Of a stretch of 64,000 nt of DNA, positions 37,093-46,090 are shown piece after piece; the first letter of the stretch is position 1; every line of letters begins with the position of its first letter. A model generated the notes under the pieces. It ran no database searches. It had not been told where the DNA came from and worked only from the letters and a program-made list of their open reading frames with translations. The stretch is from an uncultured bacterium (GTDB taxonomy: Bacteria > Verrucomicrobiota > Verrucomicrobiia > Limisphaerales > UBA11358): assembly GCA_963723125.1 (NCBI GenBank), contig CAVRPQ010000004.1, positions 230,644 through 294,643 of the forward strand. Direction: 5' to 3'. Position numbers and translations under genes: made by a program.

Positions 37093-39036
37093 ATGAAACC
37101 AGGCGATCCCCCGCGCAGCACTCGGTCCCTGCGGGCACAAAGAGCAATTTCTTGTCAATTGTCTCTTTGGAAATATGGCGTGAGTGTGGTGGCTGTGGCT
37201 CTGATGGCGTTTTCCGCGGGGTGCGCGTGGGGAACTTCGGCGGCGGGTACACCGGTGGCGGCGGCGCCTGTGGCGGGCACACCGGTCAGAGTGGAAGTGC
37301 GTAAGACCGCCGACGGCAAGTGGGAACTTCTGCGCGGCGGGAAGCCTTACTTCGTCAAGGGCGTCGGTGGCGACTATTCGCGCGAGGTGCTCAAGGTGTT
37401 GGTGGCGGATGGCGGGAATTCAATCCGGCTGTGGGGCGTGGACGCCAGCACGCGCAAGGAATTGGATGAGGCCGAAAAGCAGGGGCTGACGGTGGCGCTG
37501 GGCTACTGGGTGGGTCACAAGACGGATGGGTTCAAGGCGGACGATCCCGCAACCGTCGAGCAGCAGTTGGAAGATTTCAAGCAGTTGATACGGGAATACA
37601 GGAATGACCCGGCGGTGCTGGTCTGGGGCATCGGCAACGAGATGGAAACCGGGAATGACACGCCGGCGCTGTGGGCTTCGATCGAGGACTTGGCGAAAGC
37701 CGCCCACGAACTGGACCCGAACCATCCGACGATGACCGTGATCGCCGAAGTCGGCGGAAGCAAGGTGGCGAACCTGCACAAATATTGCCCGGACGTCGAC
37801 ATCGTGGGCATTAACTCGTATGCAGGCGGGCAGAACATTGGCGACCGATACCTCAAGCAGGTGCCGGCGGGGACGGCCAAGCCGTATATCATCACCGAGT
37901 TCGGCCCGCCAGGGCAGTGGGAATATTGGAGCCGGACGGCGTTCAGGGCACTCAACGAGATGTCGAGCACGGAAAAGGCGATATGGTACCGTAATTCGTA
38001 TCAAAAAACGGTGCTGGGGCGTCCCGGCGAGTGCCTGGGGTCGTATGCCTTTTTCTGGGGCAACAAGGTGGAAGCGACGGCCACGTGGTATGGCATGTTC
38101 TTGCCGGACGGCAGCAAGCTCGCCGCGGCGGATACGATGCAGGAGCTTTGGACGGGCAAGGCGCCCAAGTATCTCTGCCCGGTGATCAAGAAGTTGGCCA
38201 TCAACGGCTCCAACGAGGTCAGCGCGGGCGACACCGTGATGGCCAGCGTTGACGCCAGCGACCCTCAAAGTGACAAGCTGAAGTACGAATGGGTGATGTA
38301 TCGCGAGCTCGGTTCGTACAACGTTCAGGAACCCGGGGCAGGCGCGGGCAAGGCATTTACCGAAGCCATCAAACAGAACGGCAAGGCGCAAGTGTCCGTG
38401 AAAATGCCGGACATGAACGGTGTTTATCGTATCTACTGCTACGTGCGGAACGAGCATGGCGCCGCAGCGGTGGGGAACTTGCCCGTGCTGGTCAAGGGCG
38501 GCCAGGAGCCGCCGTTTAAGGCGCCGGTGGCAACATTGCCATATTTCATTTACGGGGAGGGACAGGGGAACACCTACTCTGCGTCGGGGTACACGGATAA
38601 TTCCAACGCCGTGGCGATGGATGCAAGCTGCACTGACAACCCGCACTCTGGTAAGACGTGCATCAAGGCCATGTACAAGAAGTCCGCTGGCAAGGGTGGC
38701 TTGATCTGGCAGAGCCCCGCCAACGACCGGGGCGACAAGCCTGGCGGGTTTGATTTCACCGGGGCCAGGAAGCTCACATTCTGGGCGCGCGGCGAGAAGG
38801 GCGGCGAGCAAGCCACCTTCGGCTTTGGTTACCTCACGAAGGACACGGCCAAGGACAAGAAATATCTCGACTCCGACAATGGCACGCTGAACGTCACCCT
38901 GACGCCGGACTGGCAGATGTACACCATCTACGTGACCGGCAAGGACCTCAAGCTGATCAAGTCAGGCTTCTTCTGGGAAGCGGAGGCCAATGGAGTGCCG
39001 GTGACGCTGTACCTTTCGGACATTAAGTGGGAGTGA
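37093..39036 (+). CDS. Clan GH-A (beta/alpha)8 glycoside hydrolase (GH158/GH2/GH5-like) with Ig-like and CBM-like C-terminal domains
   Basis: It has a lipoprotein-like leader (...AFSAGC) and the GIGNEME acid/base-like motif. SIRLWG and GINSYAG strands are present, and the beta-sandwich tail ends in LYLSDIKWE. The ATG at 37093 is preferred because the track ORF start overlaps the transporter gene. Confidence 0.6.
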   Translation: MKPGDPPRSTRSLRAQRAISCQLSLWKYGVSVVAVALMAFSAGCAWGTSAAGTPVAAAPVAGTPVRVEVRKTADGKWELLRGGKPYFVKGVGGDYSREVLKVLVADGGNSIRLWGVDASTRKELDEAEKQGLTVALGYWVGHKTDGFKADDPATVEQQLEDFKQLIREYRNDPAVLVWGIGNEMETGNDTPALWASIEDLAKAAHELDPNHPTMTVIAEVGGSKVANLHKYCPDVDIVGINSYAGGQNIGDRYLKQVPAGTAKPYIITEFGPPGQWEYWSRTAFRALNEMSSTEKAIWYRNSYQKTVLGRPGECLGSYAFFWGNKVEATATWYGMFLPDGSKLAAADTMQELWTGKAPKYLCPVIKKLAINGSNEVSAGDTVMASVDASDPQSDKLKYEWVMYRELGSYNVQEPGAGAGKAFTEAIKQNGKAQVSVKMPDMNGVYRIYCYVRNEHGAAAVGNLPVLVKGGQEPPFKAPVATLPYFIYGEGQGNTYSASGYTDNSNAVAMDASCTDNPHSGKTCIKAMYKKSAGKGGLIWQSPANDRGDKPGGFDFTGARKLTFWARGEKGGEQATFGFGYLTKDTAKDKKYLDSDNGTLNVTLTPDWQMYTIYVTGKDLKLIKSGFFWEAEANGVPVTLYLSDIKWE

Positions 39037-39163
39037 ACGGTAATGGTTCGTTTGTCAGTTGATAGGTGCTGGCCGTCGGGGCGTGAGGGCTGGTCTCAGC
39101 GTTCAGCACACAGGCGCACAAAAACAATTTCTTACCAACGCGTGGCTTGCGCGGAGGGAGAGA

Positions 39164-40633
39164 CTATCCGTTTCCCTTGCCGCGACGCTTTTCCAGTTCG
39201 ACGCGGATTTCGCGTGCCCTGGCCTCCGTGAGGCCGTAGGTCAGGACCGCCCAGATGGCGACCGCGGATGCGACCAACGGAATGCCGCAGTCGCAGGCGC
39301 GCATGAGATAAAGGGTTCTTGCCGATTGCGCGGTCTTCAGCGCAACATCGAAGCCCGTGGCATTCAGGAGGAAGCCGGCGATAAGCGAGGCCGCGGCCAT
39401 GCCCAGCTTCACGTTCCACCAGTAAATTGCCCCGTACATCCCCTCGCGGCGCTCGCCGGTATTGAGTTCGTCCAAGTCGCAGACGTCGGCCACCATGGCC
39501 CCGACGACGGTGAAGATCGAACCGATTCCGAACGAAATCAGCGGCGCAGCGAGAAGCAACATGTACGGATGCGCGGGATTATATGTGAACCACTTCGCCA
39601 CGAACCCGAAAAGGGACAGGGATGTCATGATGCAGAACGTCCGCCGCTTTCCGATCTTCGCGGACACCCAAGTAGTCAGCCAGATGATGACGAACGATGC
39701 CACCGAACTGGTTATGCCAAACCACATGTTCAGTTGCGATGCACGGGTCGCGTCCCCGCCGAACAGGTAATACGTCATGTTGTAGAATGTGAACGCAGAG
39801 CCAAGCTGGTAACCGTTGAAGACCAGGAATGTGGCCAGGCACAACTTGAGAAACGGACCGGATTTCCATGTGGCAATGAAGCACTTGAAGAACTTCTTGA
39901 TGCTCTTCAGGACGCCTTCGCTATCCGGGGGCGGCAATCTCATTCGCTCCTTGGTGAAGATAGCGGGCATTACGCCGAAAAAGGCGATGCATAGACCGAT
40001 GATGATGGCCAGGGTGCGCGCGCCCTGGACGGCACCGTACTGACCAGCGAAGAATTTGGGATTGTAGATAAACCAGTAGAAGCCGGGACACAGCAGCCAC
40101 GCAACCTGGCCCATAATATTGCTGAATCCCATCAGCCGGGTCCTTTCGTGGTAGTCCGGGGTCAGTTCATATCCGTAGCCCACCAGGGGGATCGAGAAGA
40201 CCGCGTAGGCCGTGAAGAAAATGACTGAAGCGCAGAAGAAAACCCAGAAGTAAAACATCTGGGTGTGCCCGGGATACAACTGCCACATCAGGGCAAATAT
40301 GATGCCGGACAGAATGGCACCCCCAAAGATCAGCGGGCGACGGCGGCCCCACCGGGTCCGCGTGTTGTCGGAGACGTGGCCGATGACGGGATCAATAAAT
40401 GCGTCAAAGAGCCGGGGAATAAACCCCAAGGTGCCCACCAGGCGCGGGTCCATTCCCAGACCGAGATTCAGTATGATCGGCAAGGCGCCGACGGCGGCGG
40501 CCTGCAGATTGTTGGCCAGCATGCCCAGGCCGTAAGTGAACTTCTGCAGGAAAGGCAGGCGATCCTCGGCCGCCGTTTGATAATGTTCCGTTTCTCTCAT
40601 CGGACCGTTTCTCTTCTGATGTCCCAACGGCAA
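39164..40633 (-). CDS. GPH-family (glycoside-pentoside-hexuronide) MFS symporter
   Basis: The sequence reads FTYGLGMLANN...RLFDAFIDPVIGHVSDNTRTRWGRRRPLIFGG. Confidence 0.8.
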   Translation of the reverse strand: MPLGHQKRNGPMRETEHYQTAAEDRLPFLQKFTYGLGMLANNLQAAAVGALPIILNLGLGMDPRLVGTLGFIPRLFDAFIDPVIGHVSDNTRTRWGRRRPLIFGGAILSGIIFALMWQLYPGHTQMFYFWVFFCASVIFFTAYAVFSIPLVGYGYELTPDYHERTRLMGFSNIMGQVAWLLCPGFYWFIYNPKFFAGQYGAVQGARTLAIIIGLCIAFFGVMPAIFTKERMRLPPPDSEGVLKSIKKFFKCFIATWKSGPFLKLCLATFLVFNGYQLGSAFTFYNMTYYLFGGDATRASQLNMWFGITSSVASFVIIWLTTWVSAKIGKRRTFCIMTSLSLFGFVAKWFTYNPAHPYMLLLAAPLISFGIGSIFTVVGAMVADVCDLDELNTGERREGMYGAIYWWNVKLGMAAASLIAGFLLNATGFDVALKTAQSARTLYLMRACDCGIPLVASAVAIWAVLTYGLTEARAREIRVELEKRRGKGNG

Positions 40634-40726
40634 CCTGCCTCTTGAAAAACTGCCTGGAGGCTAATGTTCCTGAAGAAAGACCGCAAGCCCGTTCGGACAA
40701 TTGTGCGTAGTGTCCTAATTTAGTTG

Positions 40727-40790
40727 GAGCGCGGCTGTGTCGCAGACCAGCCGCAGTGCTGCGACTGGTGCTTCGCACACAGTCGCGCTC
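40727..40790. promoter_or_regulatory. 64-nt near-perfect GC-rich palindrome in the divergent transporter intergenic region
   Basis: GAGCGCGGCTGTGT...ACACAGTCGCGCTC forms 14-nt arms with one mismatch and has nested GCAG-TG-CTGC and ACCAG/CTGGT pairings. It is flanked by duplicated TTCGGACA / CAATTGTGCG motifs (40692-40707, 40805-40827). Confidence 0.35.
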
Positions 40791-40869
40791 CGAGAAATTC
40801 GAAATTCGGACACTCCCCAATTGTGCGCAAACTTGACGGCGCTCGATACCAGTCGTTAACCTCCCCGCC

Positions 40870-42288
40870 ATGAGCCCGCCTGACGTTCAAAATCAAATGA
40901 AAGCACCGCCTGTAATTGGGCCCATTAAGGTTCCTCGTGCAAGTCTGACGGTCATGGAGAAGCTGGGTTACGGCCTTGGTGACACCGCTTCGCATTTTGT
41001 CTGGGACATGGTCGGCTTCTGGCTGCTGATTTTTTACACCGACGTTTTCAAGATTCCTCCGGCGACCGCCGGCACCATTATGCTGATCGGCCGTTTCTGG
41101 GACGTGGGCATTGACCCGGCCATCGGCGTCATCTCGGACCGGACTCAGACGCGCTGGGGCAAATTCCGTCCTTACATTCTTTTCGGTGCGGTTCCTTACG
41201 CGATTTTGGCGGTTCTGACATTTACCACGCCGAATTTTGGTGAGACGGGCAAAATTATTTACGCCTGCGCCACCTACGCCCTCTTGATGACCGCCTACGC
41301 GGCGGTTAATATACCCTACTCTTCCCTGGCTGCGGTGATGACCTCGGACACTTATGAGCGCGCGGGTGTTAACCAGTATCGTTTTATCTGCGCCTTTACC
41401 GGCCAGCTGGTGGTCACCGGGTTGGCGCTGACGCTCGCAAAATATTTTGGGGGCGGCAATGAGGCGATGGGCTATCAACACACCTTGATCCTGTTTGGCT
41501 GCCTGAGTGTGGTCTTCTTTTTCATCACCTTCAGGACAACCAAAGAGCGGGTGGAACCGTCAAAATCTCTGGAGGGCTCGGTCGGTGAGGATCTGGGGAA
41601 TCTCTTTAAGAACCGGCCTTGGATCATCCTCGCTCTGGTGGGTATCATCTCCTTCGTCATGTTTGCCATGCAGAATGCGGCGATTGCCTACTATTTCAAG
41701 TATTACATTGGCAAAGAAAATAACGTTCAGTTGTTCAACGTGATCGGTACGATTGCCCTGATTGTTGCCTTGCCGTTTACAAAGCCATTGGCCAGGAGAT
41801 TTGGCAATCGAAATGTCTTCATTGCCAGCTCCCTGATTTCAGGCGCCTTCTTTATTTCGCTCTACCTGCCCGGAGAGAAAAGCCTTGTCACCATCTATGT
41901 GTTGAATATCTGCGCAAAAATGGCCTATGCCCCCGCTGTCCCTTTGCTGTGGACCATGATCGCCGATGCGGCCGATTATTCCGAGTGGAAAATGGGCAGG
42001 CGGGCGACGGGCCTGTGTTTTTCTGCGGCAACCTTTGCGCAAAAAGCGGGATGGGGCATCGGAGCCGGCATCGCCGGCTGGCTCCTGGCAGCATTTAACT
42101 ACGTCCCTAATGCCATACAAACCCAAACGGCCCTGACCGGCATCAAGTTGCTGATTTCCGTGATTCCCGGGATATTGTATATGTCCTGCGCCGTGTTCAT
42201 GATTTTCTACAACATCGATTCAAAGACCGGTGACTTGATGAAAAAGGACCTCGATGCGCGGAGAGCAGGAGAACAATCCACTGTTTGA
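40870..42288 (+). CDS. GPH-family MFS symporter (oligosaccharide/glycoside:cation)
   Basis: The sequence reads KLGYGLGDTASHFVWDMVGFWLLIFYTDVF...GRFWDVGIDPAIGVISDRTQTRWGKFRPYILFGAVPY. Confidence 0.85.
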   Translation: MSPPDVQNQMKAPPVIGPIKVPRASLTVMEKLGYGLGDTASHFVWDMVGFWLLIFYTDVFKIPPATAGTIMLIGRFWDVGIDPAIGVISDRTQTRWGKFRPYILFGAVPYAILAVLTFTTPNFGETGKIIYACATYALLMTAYAAVNIPYSSLAAVMTSDTYERAGVNQYRFICAFTGQLVVTGLALTLAKYFGGGNEAMGYQHTLILFGCLSVVFFFITFRTTKERVEPSKSLEGSVGEDLGNLFKNRPWIILALVGIISFVMFAMQNAAIAYYFKYYIGKENNVQLFNVIGTIALIVALPFTKPLARRFGNRNVFIASSLISGAFFISLYLPGEKSLVTIYVLNICAKMAYAPAVPLLWTMIADAADYSEWKMGRRATGLCFSAATFAQKAGWGIGAGIAGWLLAAFNYVPNAIQTQTALTGIKLLISVIPGILYMSCAVFMIFYNIDSKTGDLMKKDLDARRAGEQSTV

Positions 42289-45200
42289 TCCTTCAGGAAA
42301 TAATGGCTCGCCGCCCGCGCATTTTGAGATAAACTCCGTCTCTGATTGGCAAACTCACCAGATTCACGATGACATGAAACCCAAACTGTACCTCGGTAAG
42401 AATCCGTTTCAGATCTGCTCCGATCCCGTCCGCGGTGAGCAAGTCACGCTGGAGAGCGAGGATTATTACCGGATTGCCAATTACGACCGGATGCGGCCTT
42501 TTTTCATGACGGTGGTCAGCGACGCCGATCACTGGATGTTCGTTTCCAGCAACGGCGCACTCTCCGCCGGCCGCCGCACCGCCGACCTCGCGCTGTTCCC
42601 GTACTACACCGACGACAAAATCCGTGACATGGTGGAAGCCACCGGCAGCAAGACGATTGTGGTCGTCCACCACCGGAATCAGAGTCGGCTTTGGGAACCG
42701 TTTTCCGAACGTGGCCGGGGTATTTATCGAACCCGGCGGAACCTCTACAAGAATTTCCAGGGCAACAAATTGATCTTTGAAGAAATCAATGAAGATCTGT
42801 CACTGACCTTTCGTTACGGTTGGTTCAACAGCAACCGGTTTGGCTTTATCCGCCGGGCATGGCTGACCAATTCCGGGCCGGGCGGCGCGCGCATCCGATT
42901 GCTGGACGGCCTTCAAAACCTGATGCCCTGCGGAACCGGCAGTCAATTCAACCTTGAATACAGCACGCTGCTCGACGCTTACAAGCGGAGCGAGTTGATT
43001 TCCGAAACCGGCCTTGGTTTGTTCCGCCTTAGTGCCATCCCGGTGGATCGTCCCGAGCCGGCCGAGGCCCTCCGCGCCAACATCGTCTGGTCGCTGGGAC
43101 TCAAGCGCCAGCTCACCCTGCTCTCCTCCCTTCAGCTCGAAAACTTTCGCCAAGGCTCACCGCTTCGGGAAGAAACCGACGTGCGCGGCGAACGCGGGGC
43201 TTATTTCGTCCAGGCCACCATGAACCTGCGGCGCGGCCAGACTCTGAAATGGCTGCTCGCGGCGGATGTCGGACAAGGCCCGTCGGACGTGGCCGCCCTT
43301 GACCGGTTCTTGCACACGCCCGCCCGCCTCGAAAGGCTGGTCCGGGCGGACATTCACCTGGGTACCCGGGAACTGGAGCGGATTGTGGGCGCCGCGGACG
43401 GGCTGCAGAAAACAGCGCGCCCGTTGAGTAATGCACGACACTACAGCAACACATTGTTTAACGTGATGCGCGGCGGGATTTTTAACGACGGCTACAAACT
43501 CGACCCGGATGATTTGCTGTCGTTCGTCACCCATGCGGACAAAAAGGTTGCGCTTCGGCACGCCTCATTTTTCCGCCGGCTGCCGAAACCGACGCGCTAT
43601 GGCGAAATGGTGACTGCCGCTGCTGCCACGGGCGATCCGCAGCTTGAACGGCTGAGTCGAGAATACCTGCCCCTTACCTTCAGCCGCCGGCATGGCGATC
43701 CCACCCGGCCGTGGAACCGGTTTTCCATTGCCACCCGGAACGCTGACGGCACACAGATCCTTAATTACGAAGGGAACTGGCGCGATATTTTTCAAAATTG
43801 GGAGGCACTGGCGGTTTCCTTCCCGGGCTTTGTTTCCGGCATGATCTGTCGTTTCCTCAATGCTTCGACCGCCGATGGTTACAATCCCTATCGCATCACG
43901 CGCAACGGAATTGATTGGGAAGTCGTGGATCCGCATGATCCCTGGTCGTATATCGGCTACTGGGGCGATCACCAGATTATTTATCTGCTGAAACTCCTGG
44001 AGATTCTGGACCGGCACGATCCAACCACCTTGCAAGGTTTCCTCACGCGCGACATATTCGCTTACGCCAATGTCCCGTACCGCATCAAGCCCTACAACGC
44101 ACTTTTGACGGACCCGAAAGACACCGTCGTTTTCAACCCACAGATTGAAGCGCTCGTCCAGCAACGGGTCCACGCCGTGGGCACGGACGGCAGGCTGGTG
44201 CGGGACAAGAGTGGACAGGCGCGCCTGATCAATTTGACCGAGAAACTGCTGGTTCCAGTATTGGCCAAGCTTTCGAATTTTATCCCCGAAGCCGGCATCT
44301 GGTTGAACACGCAACGGCCGGAATGGAACGATGCCAACAATGCCCTCGTCGGCAACGGCGCCTCCATGGTCACGCTGTATTACCTGCGCCGACACCTGGC
44401 GTTCTGCCGCGAACTCTTTCACACATCAGCGGATGTCAAATTCAGCCTCTCCATCGAAGTTGCTGCATTTTTCGGCGCGTTGAACCGGATTCTCGATCGC
44501 CATCGTCCACTGCTGGCGGGAACATTTACCGACCAACAGCGCCATCGCGTGCTCGATGACCTGGGCCGCGCCGGGAGCTATTATCGCCAGCGCATTTACC
44601 AACATGGATTGTCTGGTCGAAAAACCTTCATCGCGGGCCAAAAATTGATCCGGTTTTTCGATTCGGCGCTGCAGTGGATCAACCATTCGATTCAGTCCAA
44701 TCGGCGGCCCGATGGACTTTTCCACGCTTACAATCTTGTGCGGTTCGAAAACCGGACTCGCCTTCCCATCCGCCGTCTTTACGAAATGCTGGAAGGCCAG
44801 GTTGCCGTGCTCAGTTCGGGCCATCTCCCGGCCGAGGATTCGTTGGAAGTGCTCACGGCGCTCAAGCACAGTTCGATGTACCGCCCCGATCAAAACAGTT
44901 ATCTGCTTTATCCCGACCGGCAGCTCCCGGCCTTTGTCGAAAAAAACAATATTCCCGCCAGGAAACTCAGCCGCTGCGCCCTCCTGCGGAAATTGCTGGC
45001 TGACGGCAACCGGCAGCTCATCGAGCGCGACATTGCCGGACGGGTTCACTTCAATGGCTCCATCACCAACGCCCGCGACATCCTCCGCATCCTGGAGCGG
45101 CTCGCCGGCAACGGTTACGCAAAACTGGTAAAACGAGACGCGGCTCAGGTGCTTGATCTGTTCGAGTGCCTCTTCGACCACGAATCCTTCACCGGGCGCT

Positions 45201-45835
45201 CCGGCACCTTCTTCGGTTATGAAGGATTGGGCTGCATTTATTGGCACATGGTTTCCAAACTTCGCCTGGCCGCCCAGGAAACTTATGTCCGCGCGCTGGA
45301 AACGGGGGCGCCACCGCGGCTCTTGAAACAGCTCGCCGAATGCTATTACGACATCTGTGCCGGGATTGGTGATTACAAAACCCCGGAAGTTTACGGGGCA
45401 TTTCCGATGGACCCCTATTCGCATACCCCGGCGCAAGGTGGCGCCCGCCAGCCGGGGCTGACCGGTCAGGTGAAGGAAGACATCTTATGCCGGTTTGGTG
45501 AACTGGGCGTAAGTGTTCGTGAGGGCTGCATCCATTTCGAGCCGCGGTTGCTGCGCCGGGAGGAGTTTCTTTCTTCCCCGGCTCCATTCTCTTATTTCGA
45601 CATAGCCGGCGCTGCACGGAAACTTCGGCTTAAAGCTGGCGCACTCGCGTTCACTTATTGCCAGCTACCCGTCGTCTATCAACTCGCGCCAAAAACGTTT
45701 CTGACGATCGCCTTTGCTGACGGCAGAAAGCAAAGGCAGGATGCCCTTTCGCTGGATCGGGAAAACACCCGCGCCATCTTTGAACGCACGGACATCATCA
45801 AATTAATCACCGTGGGGGTTCATCTGCCATCTTGA
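42254..45835 (+). CDS. Large cytoplasmic protein; candidate GH94/GH149/GH161-like glycoside phosphorylase
   Basis: The protein is 1193 aa with no signal peptide. EGNWRDIFQNWEAL resembles the RDxxQ(D/N) block, and RPEWNDANNAL resembles the (D/E)WND catalytic block that I recall from GH94-type phosphorylases. The ORF overlaps the GPH stop by 35 nt. An alternative start is at 42374. Confidence 0.5.
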   Translation: MRGEQENNPLFDPSGNNGSPPAHFEINSVSDWQTHQIHDDMKPKLYLGKNPFQICSDPVRGEQVTLESEDYYRIANYDRMRPFFMTVVSDADHWMFVSSNGALSAGRRTADLALFPYYTDDKIRDMVEATGSKTIVVVHHRNQSRLWEPFSERGRGIYRTRRNLYKNFQGNKLIFEEINEDLSLTFRYGWFNSNRFGFIRRAWLTNSGPGGARIRLLDGLQNLMPCGTGSQFNLEYSTLLDAYKRSELISETGLGLFRLSAIPVDRPEPAEALRANIVWSLGLKRQLTLLSSLQLENFRQGSPLREETDVRGERGAYFVQATMNLRRGQTLKWLLAADVGQGPSDVAALDRFLHTPARLERLVRADIHLGTRELERIVGAADGLQKTARPLSNARHYSNTLFNVMRGGIFNDGYKLDPDDLLSFVTHADKKVALRHASFFRRLPKPTRYGEMVTAAAATGDPQLERLSREYLPLTFSRRHGDPTRPWNRFSIATRNADGTQILNYEGNWRDIFQNWEALAVSFPGFVSGMICRFLNASTADGYNPYRITRNGIDWEVVDPHDPWSYIGYWGDHQIIYLLKLLEILDRHDPTTLQGFLTRDIFAYANVPYRIKPYNALLTDPKDTVVFNPQIEALVQQRVHAVGTDGRLVRDKSGQARLINLTEKLLVPVLAKLSNFIPEAGIWLNTQRPEWNDANNALVGNGASMVTLYYLRRHLAFCRELFHTSADVKFSLSIEVAAFFGALNRILDRHRPLLAGTFTDQQRHRVLDDLGRAGSYYRQRIYQHGLSGRKTFIAGQKLIRFFDSALQWINHSIQSNRRPDGLFHAYNLVRFENRTRLPIRRLYEMLEGQVAVLSSGHLPAEDSLEVLTALKHSSMYRPDQNSYLLYPDRQLPAFVEKNNIPARKLSRCALLRKLLADGNRQLIERDIAGRVHFNGSITNARDILRILERLAGNGYAKLVKRDAAQVLDLFECLFDHESFTGRSGTFFGYEGLGCIYWHMVSKLRLAAQETYVRALETGAPPRLLKQLAECYYDICAGIGDYKTPEVYGAFPMDPYSHTPAQGGARQPGLTGQVKEDILCRFGELGVSVREGCIHFEPRLLRREEFLSSPAPFSYFDIAGAARKLRLKAGALAFTYCQLPVVYQLAPKTFLTIAFADGRKQRQDALSLDRENTRAIFERTDIIKLITVGVHLPS

Positions 45836-46090
45836 ACATGAAACGACTCATCGCGGGGCAATGAATTGGCCGGTCGGTCAGCCGGTTTGATTTTTACATC
45901 CACTTCCATTCTTCGATCCGTTGCCCCCTTGTCAGTGCCGTAATCGGCGGTAAATCGGCATAACCAGAACTGTAACCATTTCATGTGACTGTCAAAAATG
46001 GTTTTTCAGTGTTAAACTTCTTCAAACTTGAAGAATTATCAACGGTTTCTTTCTTGTACCAAACCAAACAAGAAATCGGAGTGTGGCATT

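Noticed and set aside
13898-45436. Long antisense ORFs sit inside the big glycan genes, e.g. 17267..18304 (+), 15929..16591 (+), 28055..28744 (+), 33924..34976 (+), 37420..38811 (-), 39059..39994 (+), 43565..44422 (-) and 44426..45436 (-).
   Set aside because: Each is fully embedded opposite a gene with strong family motifs and shows low-complexity R/G/P/A-rich translations. This is typical GC-rich shadow-frame behaviour, not overlapping genes.
46018-46035. A perfect palindrome TTCTTCAA-AC-TTGAAGAA lies 56 nt upstream of the 46091 start and could be an operator.
   Set aside because: It is a single short AT-rich palindrome in an AT-rich spacer, with no second copy and no adjacent regulator, so it could occur by chance.
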